Positions 48,164 through 60,565 of a stretch of DNA of 64,000 nucleotides are shown here, in pieces. Position 1 is the stretch's first letter, and every line of letters starts with the position of its first letter. A program made the translations under genes and the position numbers. The notes beneath the pieces are model-generated. The model did no database searches and was not told the origin of the DNA. It worked only from the letters and a program-made list of their open reading frames with translations. Source of the stretch: Azolla caroliniana. Taxonomy: Eukaryota > Plantae > Polypodiophyta. The stretch covers positions 7,316,001 through 7,380,000 of the forward strand of contig JBHGNT010000016.1 in the NCBI GenBank assembly GCA_043228905.1, read 5' to 3'.

Positions 48164-51100
48164 CTATAACTTCAACTTCTTCTTGTGTCGTTGAGAGGAG
48201 AATTTGAGGGCCATGTCGCCTTCTGCGAGGTCTTTGTTCTTGACTTTATTGTCATGCCACACCTTTCTATTGGCTTTCTCTGCCAAGAGTGCCTGGAATG
48301 CGAGAAGGCGAGTTTCTGTCAGTCGTTCTAGGTTCTCTAGGCATGACGGGAGGGGGTCCCCTTCCCATCGTTCTTGTATGGCGATCCTGAGGCTGGGGAC
48401 AAGGAACTCGATGGGTAATATTGTTTCTTGCCAATACACCAGTTTGAATAGTGTGTGGCGAGTTGCGACTTTGTAGGAAGTACGGAAAGCCCATAATGCT
48501 GCTTGGATTTTGGTGCTCCAACCAGATCGTGAGGCAGCGACTATCTTTGTGAGTACTGCACATAGCACCTTATTCGTGCTTTCCGCTTGTCCGTTGCATC
48601 GAGGGTAATAAGGAGAACTTTTGCGGTGTGTCACCATAAACTCGCCTAATAAATGTGCTATCACCTCGTTTAGGAAATGTGAGCCTTGGTCACTAATGAT
48701 TTCGAGCGGACATCCAAACCATACTATGACATTTTCATGTAGGAATTTGGCAGTACTACGCGTGTCGGCGTTAACGCAAGCTTTAGCTTCAACACACTTG
48801 GTGGCATAGTCGGTGGCGGTTATTATGTATCGGTTGAGGTTGGAAGCTGGGCTGATTGGGCCAATAAAGTCAATACCCCATTTCTCGAATGGTTGCCATG
48901 CCACCACCGAGTTTAACGTATTAAAATCCGCTTTTAGCAGGTGTTTGAAACGTTGGCACTCGTCACAGCGACGTACGTACACATATGTGTCTTTGAAGAG
49001 TGTTGGCCACCATAGGCCGGACTGAAGGATCTTGCGCGCAGTGGTCTTGTGATTGAAATGACCACTTCCGCTCCCGCAATGAGCTTGTTCAAGGGTGGTG
49101 ACGACGTCATGGTCTGTTATACACCTCTGAAGTAGATCATCGTTACCTCGACAGTACAGATTGCCTCGGAGCATCATGAAGGGGCCACATTTCTTTAGCA
49201 AGGCACGCGCGTGTGTTCGTGGTAGTTGTTTTAGGAAGGACGCTCCTTCGGTTAGGATGCGAACTATGTCTGATGCCCATGCTGGTACGGTATCGATCGC
49301 GAATAATGCTGCATCTGGTGTTTCATCATCGACCCCAGTGGCTTCTTCTCCGTTGGGAATTCGGGAGAAATGTTCGGCGAGTACATGGTCTTTCCCTTTT
49401 CTCACTACTACCTTGAAGTCGAATTTGAGTAACGTTACGATCCATCGTGAGATGCATCCAGTGGCGTGAGTTTTGTTTACTAAGTAGAGTAGGGCCTGAT
49501 GGTCTACAAAAAACGAGAATCGGGACGCCAACAGGTAGTGGCAGAATTTCTTTACGCAGTAGACCATGGCCAAAGCCTCCCGTTCCGTCATGGAGTAATT
49601 TCGTTCTGCGGCATTTAGCTGGCGACTAGCGAAGGTGACCGGTAGGTCAAGTGCCCCTTCACCGGGTTGGGCTAGCACTACACCAATCGCGAAGGCGGAA
49701 GCGTCGGTGTGCACGTGGAATTCTTTGGTCCAGTCGGGAGGCCGGAGGATGGGGGCCTTAGTTAGGCACTCTTTCAAGAGCTTGAAGGAGTGTGTGCATT
49801 CTTCTATCCACATGAATTGCTTTAATAGGGAGTAGAGTGGTCTAGCCTTGTCTGCGAACATCTTAATGAAGCGTCTATAGTAACCCGTGTATCCCATGAA
49901 CCCTTGTAGTTGTTTCTCGTTCGTGGGGGGTGGCATGTCGAGGATGAGTTTTATTTTTGCCTCGTCGGTCGAGATCCCGTGGCGGGACACGACGTGTCCT
50001 AATATTATTCCGTGCTTGACCCAGAACTGACACTTGAGCGGGTTGAGAGAGAGTTGATAGGTTCTGCATTTTTCGAACGTTAAACGGAGTAGCCCCAAGT
50101 GGTCATGCCATTTCGAATTGCAACATAAGTTGTCAACATAAGACTCCACCCCTTGTCGTAACCTTGCGGCAAAGATATGGTCCGCCGCTCTTTGGTAGGT
50201 GCTCAAGGCGCTTGTGAGTCCGAAAGGCATTTGTTTATACGCGAACGTACCAAATTCCGTGGCGAAAGCTGTCTTTTGTTGATCCTCAGGGACCACCGAG
50301 ATTTGGTTGTACCTAGAGAACCCGTTGATGAAGCTATACGCTTCTGCTCCTGCGGTTCTTTCGAGTAAATGTTCGATGTAGGGTACCGGGTGATTGTCCT
50401 TGATAGTGGCTTCGTTAACTTGGCGGTAGTCTACACATATGCAGATCTGGCCGTTTTTTTTCGGGACGGCCACAATTGGGGAGACCCAAGTAGTTCGTTC
50501 AATTGGGTAGATAATGCCTGCAGCTAACATTTTGTTGATTTCTGCTTTCACTTGTTGGGTGTAGTAAAGATTCATTGGACGTGGCCTTTGCCGGATTGGG
50601 GGGGCGTCGGCTCACATGGGGATACTATGTGTGATGACCTCAGTTGGGACTCCCTTCATGTCGACGTACGACCATGCAAACACGTCGCTAAATTCCGTGA
50701 GGAGAGTGATCAAGGACGCCTCCTCGTCAGGTTGGAGATCTGTGGCTATGAACACCGGTTTGGAGTCTGCCCCTTTCCCAAGGTTGATTTCTTTCACCCT
50801 TGTTGGTCCATCATAGACTTCTCCTAGGCCTTGGGGGTTGCGTTGCGGTCTCTTACAAGCCACAACCCTACTCCCTTGTTCATAGAGTTTGAAATGCTCT
50901 GGGAAGTCCGCTTCCGTCACAGCCTCTTGAGTAGTCGTGACGTCACCTGGACGTGTGACTCGTTGTACTAGTTCTTCGTCCTCTACGTCTATGTCTTTTT
51001 GCCAGGGACCTAGGGTGGTGACGTTGAAGCACCAGTTTGTACCTATAGGGTACATTGCGTCGGTTGTGGCGAGAGCGTGCACCCAATTCATTTCTGACGT

Positions 51101-54100
51101 CTCGGAGGTGACGGATTGGTCGTCTCTCTCACGTGCGTTTTCCTCTTTGGAAGTAGTGGGGCTTTGAGGAAAGTGTTGGCCTCTGGTCAAGAGTTGAATT
51201 GTCTTCGTGGGGTTGCACGCTAGGAGGTTGGTCTCGAACTCAATGGTTTCTGACCAATTGTCTACGAGAGGGCTGCCTTCTTGTTCATGCACTTTTTGTG
51301 TGTACGCTTTGATGCGAAAGGTTTTGTTGTCCTTTCGCATATAGATCATATCGTTCCCAAAATCCATGACTAGGCGGCTTATACGTAGGAATGGTCTTCC
51401 TAGTAAGCACTCGTAGGCTACATGGTTGGACGATCTTGTGACGACGAATGTGAGATTGAACTCCACTTCGTGGATAGTGAAGTGATGCGCAGGAATCATG
51501 CTTTCCGGTCTTTGGATGGACCCGTCTGCCATTCGTAGTTTGACATCGGAAGGTATCATTTTTGGGCTCCCCCACTTACGCCAACATTCGTAACTAACGA
51601 TACTTACCCCTGCTCCGGTGTCAATGATGGCGTCACACGTCTTACCATTGACACAGACTGGTAGAGTGAAACTAGTGTCGTCGCTCTCGAAGTGGGCTTT
51701 GTGGACATCGACTGGCGGTCCTTCGGGTTGTTTGAGGACTGTGGACGTGTGAGGAGTGTGGGTGTGTATCCCTTCACCATATCCCGCCGATAGGCCACCA
51801 TTGAGGCATCGGAGGACGTCATGCCACAGTTGAACATCGAGTTTGAGTAGTTCTTCGAGCGTGAACTCTATTTCTTTGGCGAGTAGAGGTCGTAGCAGGG
51901 GGTTGTCGGTGGTGAAGGTGCCAATGTAGCTCTGCACTTCGCGCAATGTGAGTCGCAATCTTAAATTTAAGATTTGTTGGAGTAGAGTTGTGTTGACCTC
52001 TTTGATCGAGGTAGGATGGCAAACGGGGGTGTCGGTTGGTGTGACGACAGGGGGAGGTGAGGGGTTTACCCATTCTTCTAGTTGCTCGAAGTTTAAGCTG
52101 GGGAGGCTAAGTGATATTTCAAACTGTTCGTGGTGTATAAGTTTGATGTATTCTTCTACTTTTTGTTTCTCAGCTACTGGGTTTGGGTATGCCGCTAGGT
52201 GCGCCGGTAGTTCTTGATTCAGATTGACGGGTAATGTTTTTGTGTCTCCCTCCGATTCTTGATCTTATTTTGAGGTCTGCATGGAATTATTCTTTCTAGA
52301 TTTGCGTCTCTTACGTGCGGTCATGGGGAGACCTTGATCTTGGTATTTTAAATTGTGCGCTACTCGTTGGGCTCGTGTGATGACATTGGCACCGATCGTG
52401 GATGGTACAATGGACAACAGATTTGTGCCGACCCTTTTCTTCTTTTCCGGGAAATCAGGTACTAGGTGTTCTTTACCGCACCTTGGGCATGATGCTTCTA
52501 TTTGGAACCATTCGATGAGGTCTTGCGACTGTTGGGTGGGCCCTTGCGCCAGTGGTTGCGGAGGCGTGTCGAGTGCGAGGTGTCGTGGTCGTTGGGCCAT
52601 CCGGTTGTAGTACTCATGTTTGGTTGGGCACTCACTAACCATATGCGGGCCTTGGCAGTTGAAGCATTTCAATTCTGACCTCCTTAGACCATTGTTGTTG
52701 CGGTATCCCATAGGGGGTCCACGTTGTTCCCCTCTCAGGACGTACACTGGTATTTGGTCGCCTTCAAAATCCACGAAATGGAACAACACCTCTTCTTCAA
52801 TGCCATAATCCCTGTACGGGTATTCATATTCGGGGGTGCCCGCTCCGACCTGGGTTTGGTTATTTGTGGTATACTCCAGTTCAGCGAGGCGGGCGCCGAT
52901 GCGCAGTAGTGGGGGTTGTTGAGGGAGTATCGCTGGTAGTGGTGGACGGCTAAGTGGTGGGGGAGAGCGTGGGTGTTCCACCATTGGCGTTTGGCGGTAC
53001 CTTCCAGTGGGGGCTTGCCAGCAGTTCTCTTGCGTATGCATTATGAAAGCTTTGCACCACTTACAGTATTGCGGTCGTCGTTGTTGAAGGAGGGGACATT
53101 CATGTCCCATGTGGTGTCCGTGACATACCGTGCACCTTACATTTTCTTGTTGGGCGTATGCTTGGGGTCTTTCTATACGGGGTGTTCGCGGTGGTGTGGG
53201 TAGAGCACGGGTGGGGTCGGAGGATTTCTCGCGATTGTTCGTGGGTGCGTGAGTGGGTATGTGTAATCCACTCATCAAATCTTCAAAGGTCATCACTACT
53301 GTGCAGGCTTCAGCAAACAATCGACACATCCTGGCAATCAGGAAATTTTGGAGTGTGGTATCAAACAACCCATTAATGAAACGGTTCATCAACTTGTCAT
53401 TCGACATCTTGTCGTTCGGACTACAACGATGATGCAGGCTTTTCGTGCGACGTATGTAGTCCCTGACCGTTTCGTTCGCTTCTTGTTTGAGGGCGAAAAG
53501 TTGGTCAATTGGGTTCCATTTATTCCCTCTACGAGCGAAGTTTATCAAGAAATCCTCAATGACATACTCGAAATCGGCGGCGATGTCTTCATTCAAGGTT
53601 CGAAACCAAATTCCGGCTTGGTCATCAAGTGTGAGTCCAAACGCGGCTACCTTGGTGATCTCTGTGAGGGGTTCATAAGCGCGGCAAATCTATTTGAACC
53701 TCTCGACATGGTCATAGGCATCGCCGAAACCGAGGAAACGAGGTACTAGTTTAGAAATGGAAACACTCTTCCCACTGTCATTTGTGAGGTTTCTCGGATG
53801 GTCTATGGGTGCTCACTCTTTTTCCATCAATGCTACGAGAGTTTGTATGGATTGTAGCGCTAGTGCGAGTTCGGCGTTTGGAGGTGTAGGGGTAGCTTGG
53901 TCAGGTGTAGGAATTGTGCCCATGCGTGGTGGTGTCGGGTGTTGTCGTGCGCGGGTTTCGTTCGGGCTATCGCCCGTTGTGCTCGAACGCGGTACGGGGC
54001 TGTGCTCCTGACTTCGGCGGTGTATGTGCGATGATGTTTCTAGGTGGTGAAGTTTTTGTTGCACTTGTGCGAATCTATCCTTCCTTTCTGCCAAAGCGGC

Positions 54101-54294
54101 TTCGATATCTCGAGTGGTGCTTTCCGGTTGTCCTCCTTTCGCAAGTTGTACCGTCCATAGATTGATTTCGTGTTCTATCACCCGTAACTCTTGAGCTGCG
54201 TCTCGTATATGTCGTTCTACACTAAGTGGGTCTGCCATTGGGCTCTCCTGTAGTGGGGGTGTGTTGAGAAGTGCTTTAGTTCCTGGGCTCGATG
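48164..54294 (-). pseudogene. Athila-like gag-pol (capsid, zinc knuckles, PR, RT, RH, INT) with several in-frame stops
   Basis: AIIDTGAG (51622-51614), LLGRPFL, KTAFATEFG, YVDNL (degenerate YxDD), HTDASAFAIG, KWGIDFIGP, ISDQGSHF, NGQAESTNK. Segments 53813-54238, 52265-53596, 50612-51958 and 48164-50575 are in one frame. Confidence 0.9.
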
Positions 54295-54299
54295 GGAGG

Positions 54300-54468
54300 T
54301 GTCGAATACAAGTGTATAATGGACGTACTCACACTATCCCTTCGGGCCATTTGTGTAATTAGCATAAATGGTAGTTGCCCTAAGTCGGTCACTATATATA
54401 GTGACCTTGTAACCTTCTTGTAAGGTTGGGTGTTGTATTATTGTTTCTATTGATAGAAAGTCTTTTGT

Positions 54469-54502
<34 letters not shown>

Positions 54503-57500
54503 AACGACCTAGAAACTGTCATACGCAGGTATTCAAACACCAAAAGAATGCTTCTTGATCTTCCGCATAGACGACCTCGTCTCCAACATCTGGTATCAGA
54601 GCCTGCACAGTAGTCGGTCCTTCAATCTGCTGTCGGCCGTCGTCTCAGCCTGCACAGCATTCGGTTTCCTGCGTCATTCGAAGAAGAGAGAAGAAGAAGA
54701 GAAACGAGGCTTGCATCTCATCGCGTTAGATCATCTTTGCTTGGAGTAAGCCAGCAGGTTGTACTCTGTCCCTTGTGATCGTAACCGCTCGAGGTGAAAT
54801 CCCCTTGTGCAACACTGACACGATCGTGCTCCACCCGGTTAAACGACATCCGAAGAGGTAATCAAACGCCGCTCATTGTAACCACTCGGTGCAGATCGGT
54901 CTTAAGACAACAACCCCAAATTCGTGCTTCATCTGGCTGATCGACATTCGGGAGGATCAGTTGGATCCGTCTCTCTCGTTGCTGCAGTCAACCGAAGCAG
55001 AATCGGTCCAGATAATCGGTTTCAATAATCGGTATTCGGCATATATATCCGAAACGAACCGGGCTCACTCCGAGTCGGCAACATTCGGGAAGACCAATCG
55101 GTTCTGTCCCTCAAGCTACCGGAGTCAATTTGAGCAAGTTCCGAAGCCGAACCGACTCGGGTTCAAATCCGACTAGAACGATATCGGGTGAGCCAACCGG
55201 CTGCACTCCAACAAGGTTCGTAGTCAACTCCGAACCGAGCTCCGTCAACCGAAACCAAATTTGATGGCATCAACATCCGGCTCGTCAGAAATGAGTCTAC
55301 GCAAGTTCGATGGATCGAACTTCAACTTCTGGAAGGAACAAATGCAGGACTATCTCATAGTCAAGGGGCAAATCGATCCCATCGAAAATGAAGAACCTCC
55401 AGAAGGATACAAACCAATTGAGTGGCAGAAGCTGGACAGAATCGTCCGCGCCACGATTCGGATGCACCTATCGGAATCGGTATACTTTACGGTGCAATCG
55501 TGTACGACAACATTCGAACTGTGGAAAACACTGTCGGACACTTACGAAAAGAAGGTCGCCGCAACAAAGATGTTTCTGATCCGGCGCCTCTACAACTTGC
55601 GGATGAAAGAATCCGACTCGGTTCAAGCACACCTCAATGAGTACGAAAGCATAAGCTCCCAAATCTCGTCACAGGGGACGGCAATCGAGGATGAACTCAG
55701 AGCAATGATACTCATGAGTAGCCTTCCCTCATCATGGGAAACTTTCGTCACAACCGTGTGCAACGCGTCAACCACGGCTGTTAAATACTCCGAAGTCACG
55801 AGCGCAATCCTGACCGAAGCAGCTCGGAGAAAGTCTTTCGCCAAAGACTCAACAGACGACGCTTATGTAGTACAAGGTTCGACAGACCGATCGAACATAC
55901 GAGGAAGAGATTCCTCACGGCCGCCGAACAATCAGCGAAGACGGAGCCAGTCACGGGATAACCGAATCTGCAACTATTGCAAGAAACCCGGACACATCAA
56001 AGCCGACTGCCGCGCACTCAAGAACAAGAACAACAAGAAGAGTGGCCGGCATGAGGAGATCAATTACGTCAGCTTCTCAGCTGATGTGCTACCAGACGAC
56101 CCGAATATATTATCAATCGAAAATCCAGTCGGATCAGAAGTCCTACTCACGACTGAAGAGTCGAGCACATGGCTCTTAGATTCGGACGCGTCATTTCACG
56201 TGACTCCTCATCGATCCCAATTTCGGCAATATACGATCCGTCACTCCGACTCAGTTCGAGTCGGCAACTCACAACACTGTGACATCATCGGAATCGGCAC
56301 AGTAGAGCTCAACCTTGCAGGTGGCTCTACACTTGTACTCCACAATGTCCGACATGTACCCGAGCTCTCAAGGCCATTGATCTCAGTCGGACAACTAGAT
56401 GAAGACGGCATTCGTGCCGGTTTTTCTTCGGGAGGGTGGACACTCCACAGGGGGAACCTCCTGCTTGCTAGAGGACCCAAGATACACTCACTATATCCGT
56501 TACATGTTACGCTCAGAGAGGGTAACCTGTTTTTGGTGGATATTCCTGTGTCATCACTATGGCACAGAAGATTAGGACACCTCAGCAAGGCCGGCATTAC
56601 GCATCTATCTAGAGCCGGATACATCCCTAAACTATCCTTCTCCGACCATCAATTCTGCGAGCATTGCCAGTATGGCAAACAAGCAGCCGCATCACACCCG
56701 ACATCAGCACCAAGAGAAACGAGACCTCTCGATTTGGTCCATTCGGACGTCTGTGGCCCAATGCCGCATCAGTCTCTAGGCGGTGCCTCTTACTTCGTCA
56801 CTTTTATTGACGATTCGACTCGCAAGGTGTGGGCTTATCCGATTCGCACCAAAGATCGGGTCTTCTCGATCTTCTCAGATTGGCTCGCTATGGTAGAAAA
56901 TCAAACCGACCGAAAACTGAAATGCTTTCGGACCGACAATGGGGGAGAGTTCAAATCCGAAGAATTCGTCAAATTCTGCCGACAACGCGGCATCCGACGT
57001 GAGTTTACGGCACCACACAGTCCGGAGCAAAACGGGATTGCAGAGCGAATGAATCGGACAATCCAAGAACGGATAGTTTCCATGCTCCAACACTCCGGAC
57101 TGTCGGATGGCTTCTGGGCAGAGGCTCTACTCACGGCAGTACACATAATCAATATGTCGCCAAGTAGACCTCTAGGACTTCAAATTCCTCAGGAACTATG
57201 GATCGGCAGTAAGCCGAATTACGACAAGCTGAGGATCTTCGGATGCGAGGCGTACGCCCTTATTCCGAAAGATGATCGCCGAAAACTTGCACCTCGGTCC
57301 AGGAAATGCATTTTCCTCGGATATGGATCCGACGGCGAAATGGGATACCGACTCTGGGATCCCGAACGCAGACAAATCGTCCGAAGTTCGGACGTTGTGT
57401 TCAACGAGTCGGCTATGAATCCATCAGTCGAAAAACCGATCGAAGTCCGAAGGGTAACATTTTCCGATGTGCCGACCCTTCAAGAAGGCCCCGCTCTCAA

Positions 57501-59641
57501 CACACGGTCAGCTTCACGGGTAGCTGAACCTTACACTACCGACTCGGACAACTCCGACTCGGCACAGCAGAACAATCCGCTTTCGGACCATCCGACCTCG
57601 ATACCCGATGCGACCAGTCCAATCATACCTCGACGATCCGAGAGACTGTCGCAACCTCCGGAGAGGTATTCTCCTGGAATTTTCTTCACCGACGCCGGCG
57701 AACCGACGTCTTACGAAGAAGCATCGACATCTGTCGATTCCGCCACCTGGCATCTGGCGATGGAGTCGGAAATGCACTCCATTCGGGCAAACAAGACTTG
57801 GGATCTGGTCGAATTACCTAGGAACCGACGTGCTCTTCCTTGCAAGTGGGTCTATCGACTAAAAGAGACGTCTGATTCGACCACCCCAAAGTACAAGGCC
57901 AGATTAGTTGCAAAGGGCTTCCGACAAGAATATGGCGTCGACTTCGACGAGATTTTTTCACCAGTGGTGAAAATGACAACCATTCGTTTTCTACTCGGCG
58001 TAGTGGCAGCCGACAACCTGGAGCTGATTCAGCTAGATGTCAAAACAACATTCCTCCATGGTGATCTTGAAGAGGAAATTTATATGGAGCAGCCAAAAGG
58101 CTTCGTTGCTACTGGCCAAGAACATCTAGTCTGCCGACTCAGGAAGAGTCTATACGGCCTCAAACAGGCACCACGACAATGGTACAAGAAGTTCGACGAC
58201 TTCATCCAATCGATCGGCTTCTCAAAAAGCGATGAGGACCATTGTCTCTTCACCAACACAGCTCAAGATGGATCACCCATCTTCCTCATCATTTACGTGG
58301 ACGACATGCTAATCTCTGGACGCCACGCGGGCGAACTTGCCGATCTCATTCGGCAACTGCGGTTGAAGTTTGCCATGAAGGACCTCGGTCCGGCACGACA
58401 CATACTCGGCATAAAGATTAGTCGGCATCGCGATAAACGACATCTTTTTTTGTCTCAGACCGACTATATCCGACGTGTCTTGGAACGCTTCAACATGCAA
58501 TCAGCCAAATCTGCTTCAACCCCGCTCCCAATGAATCTTCGGCTCTCTCAGCGAGACTGCCCGACATCCGGCCCGGAGGGGGAAGATATGAAGTCGGTAC
58601 CGTATGCACCGGCAGTCGGCTCCCTTATGTACCTGATGGTCACGACACGGCCTGATATTTCTCACGCCGTAGGAGTCGTTAGCAGATTTATGCACAATCC
58701 TGGCCGATCGCATTGGAACGCAGTCAAGCATGTGTTCAGATATCTGGCTGGCACAAAAGACCATGGCATTCTTTTCGGTCCGAACCGAACCTCAGGCGTA
58801 GTCGGTTACACCGACTCGGACTTCGCCGGCTGTATAGACAGTCGGAAATCAACAACCGGATACTGCTTCAAATTCGGCAATGGAGCAATTTCGTGGAAGT
58901 CGAAACTTCAGGAGTGCACAGCGACCTCAACGACCGAAGCAGAATATGTAGCTGCGTCCGACGCAGCAAAAGAAGCCTTATGGCTCGGTCGGCTGGCGCA
59001 CACGTTTCGGCAAGTCGATCATGACTCGGCCCCAGTTGTCTATAGCGACAGTCAAGGTGCTGTTGCCTTGTCGAAAAATCCGGTTCACCACAACGCCTCC
59101 AAACATATCGACGTTCGATATCACTTCGTTCGGGACTGCGTCATCTCAGGGAAAATCGGTCTAGAGAAAATATCCACAACCGACAATGTCGCAGATGGAA
59201 TGACCAAGTGTCTTTCGGCAGACCGCTTTCGGTCTCTTCGGCATCAGATGGGCGTAACGACAAACCAGTCCGGTTAGAGCCGGACACAGCGCAAGATGGT
59301 TTCCGACAACCGACATCAGTTCCTTAATGATCGGCTTCAACTCTTCCGACCCGACCAGTTCGGTCTTCTGCCTTTGGACCCTGCCGACTCGAACAAAAAC
59401 TGATATGTCCGAGAACCTAAGTTTATACCTGTAATCTTAGATAACCCATGTATACGCCCATTACGGGGGAGTGTCGAATACAAGTGTATAATGGACGTAC
59501 TCACACTATCCCTTCGGGCCATTTGTGTAATTAGCATAAATGGTAGTTGCCCTAAGTCGGTCACTATATATAGTGACCTTGTAACCTTCTTGTAAGGTTG
59601 GGTGTTGTATTATTGTTTCTATTGAATAGAAAGTCTTTTGT

Positions 59642-59675
<34 letters not shown>

Positions 59676-59761
59676 AACGACCTAGAAACTGTCATACGCA
59701 GGTATTCAAACACCAAAAGAATGCTTCTTGATCTTCCGCATAGACGACCTCGTCTCCAACA
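54300..59761 (+). mobile_element. Very young full-length Ty1/copia element, ~290-bp LTRs, TSD GGAGG, inserted antisense into the Athila-like gag
   Basis: LTRs 54300-54588 and 59472-59761 differ only by a 1-nt indel by eye. PBS tggtatcagagc at 54591-54602; TSD at 54295-54299 and 59762-59766. Confidence 0.96.
55261..59277 (+). CDS. Uninterrupted copia gag-pol polyprotein, 1338 aa
   Basis: CNYCKKPGHIKADC, WLLDSDASFH (protease site altered), LWHRRLGH, HSDVCGP, RTDNGGEF, YVDDML, ADGMTK. Confidence 0.93.
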   Translation: MMASTSGSSEMSLRKFDGSNFNFWKEQMQDYLIVKGQIDPIENEEPPEGYKPIEWQKLDRIVRATIRMHLSESVYFTVQSCTTTFELWKTLSDTYEKKVAATKMFLIRRLYNLRMKESDSVQAHLNEYESISSQISSQGTAIEDELRAMILMSSLPSSWETFVTTVCNASTTAVKYSEVTSAILTEAARRKSFAKDSTDDAYVVQGSTDRSNIRGRDSSRPPNNQRRRSQSRDNRICNYCKKPGHIKADCRALKNKNNKKSGRHEEINYVSFSADVLPDDPNILSIENPVGSEVLLTTEESSTWLLDSDASFHVTPHRSQFRQYTIRHSDSVRVGNSQHCDIIGIGTVELNLAGGSTLVLHNVRHVPELSRPLISVGQLDEDGIRAGFSSGGWTLHRGNLLLARGPKIHSLYPLHVTLREGNLFLVDIPVSSLWHRRLGHLSKAGITHLSRAGYIPKLSFSDHQFCEHCQYGKQAAASHPTSAPRETRPLDLVHSDVCGPMPHQSLGGASYFVTFIDDSTRKVWAYPIRTKDRVFSIFSDWLAMVENQTDRKLKCFRTDNGGEFKSEEFVKFCRQRGIRREFTAPHSPEQNGIAERMNRTIQERIVSMLQHSGLSDGFWAEALLTAVHIINMSPSRPLGLQIPQELWIGSKPNYDKLRIFGCEAYALIPKDDRRKLAPRSRKCIFLGYGSDGEMGYRLWDPERRQIVRSSDVVFNESAMNPSVEKPIEVRRVTFSDVPTLQEGPALNTRSASRVAEPYTTDSDNSDSAQQNNPLSDHPTSIPDATSPIIPRRSERLSQPPERYSPGIFFTDAGEPTSYEEASTSVDSATWHLAMESEMHSIRANKTWDLVELPRNRRALPCKWVYRLKETSDSTTPKYKARLVAKGFRQEYGVDFDEIFSPVVKMTTIRFLLGVVAADNLELIQLDVKTTFLHGDLEEEIYMEQPKGFVATGQEHLVCRLRKSLYGLKQAPRQWYKKFDDFIQSIGFSKSDEDHCLFTNTAQDGSPIFLIIYVDDMLISGRHAGELADLIRQLRLKFAMKDLGPARHILGIKISRHRDKRHLFLSQTDYIRRVLERFNMQSAKSASTPLPMNLRLSQRDCPTSGPEGEDMKSVPYAPAVGSLMYLMVTTRPDISHAVGVVSRFMHNPGRSHWNAVKHVFRYLAGTKDHGILFGPNRTSGVVGYTDSDFAGCIDSRKSTTGYCFKFGNGAISWKSKLQECTATSTTEAEYVAASDAAKEALWLGRLAHTFRQVDHDSAPVVYSDSQGAVALSKNPVHHNASKHIDVRYHFVRDCVISGKIGLEKISTTDNVADGMTKCLSADRFRSLRHQMGVTTNQSG

Positions 59762-59918
59762 GGAGGTTCATGTTTGATAGTATCCCCGGAGTTAGCCACC
59801 CTCCGTGGTATTGAGTCGAGTTAGGTGGGCCAGCATCGTGGGTTTGGTCGGTTTGCATGGACTCTTCCAGGCGTGCGGGTCGGGTTTTGAACATTTCTGT
59901 CCATGAGGATCCGGCCAT
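59762..59918 (-). pseudogene. N-terminal segment of the Athila-like gag, separated by the copia insertion
   Basis: Removing the copia and one TSD joins MAGSSW..SNMNL to PSSPGTK..SPMADPLSVE in frame. Confidence 0.75.
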
Positions 59919-60167
59919 GTTTTTTGGTCAAGCTTTTTTATAGGTTCGTCGAAGGGTGAATCTTCATCGAAGGGTGAATCTTCGTCGAAGGGTAAATCTT
60001 CGTCGAAGGATGAAGATTCGTCGCAGGTTGAACTTTTTGGCGCCAACGGTCGCTTCGTGACCCGTGGAGTGATCGTAAGCCGCGAGACTCGCAGTGATTA
60101 TGCTTGCCCTAGAACGGCCTAATCTCCTCAATGTTTAATGTTAACCGAGCAAATGAACAAAAAATCG

Positions 60168-60454
60168 ACTTAATTAAACTATGAAATGAAAAAAAAACAG
60201 AAAATGGAACTTAATTAAACTATGAAATGATGAAAAACCAGAAAATGGAACTTAATTAAACTATGAAATGATGAAAAAAAACAGAAAATGGAACTTAATT
60301 ACTATGAAATGATGAAAAAACAGAAAATGGAACTTAATTAAACTATGAAATGATGAAAAAAAACAGAAAATGGAACTTAATTAAACTATGAAATGATGAA
60401 AAAATAGAAAATGGAACTTAATTAAACTATGAAATGATGAAAAAATAGAAAATG
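60168..60454. repeat. About 7 tandem copies of a 40-44 bp AT-rich unit in the 5' leader of the Athila-like element
   Basis: acttaattaaactatgaaatgatgaaaaa(n)cagaaaatgga repeated. Confidence 0.9.
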
Positions 60455-60540
60455 GTGGTTCTCTTGCGATTTTTTCCTTCGTTGAGTGGTTTGCCTCCGA
60501 GGTTTTGACTACTCGAAAATGGGCTTCAAGCGTCAGTCGT

Positions 60541-60559
60541 ATCCCCGGCAGCGGCACCA
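60541..60559 (-). promoter_or_regulatory. tRNA-Asp primer-binding site
   Basis: Minus strand reads TGGTGCCGCTGCCGGGGAT, two mismatches from the Athila-type PBS TGGCGCCGTTGCCGGGGAT. Confidence 0.8.
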
Positions 60560-60565
60560 AATAGA

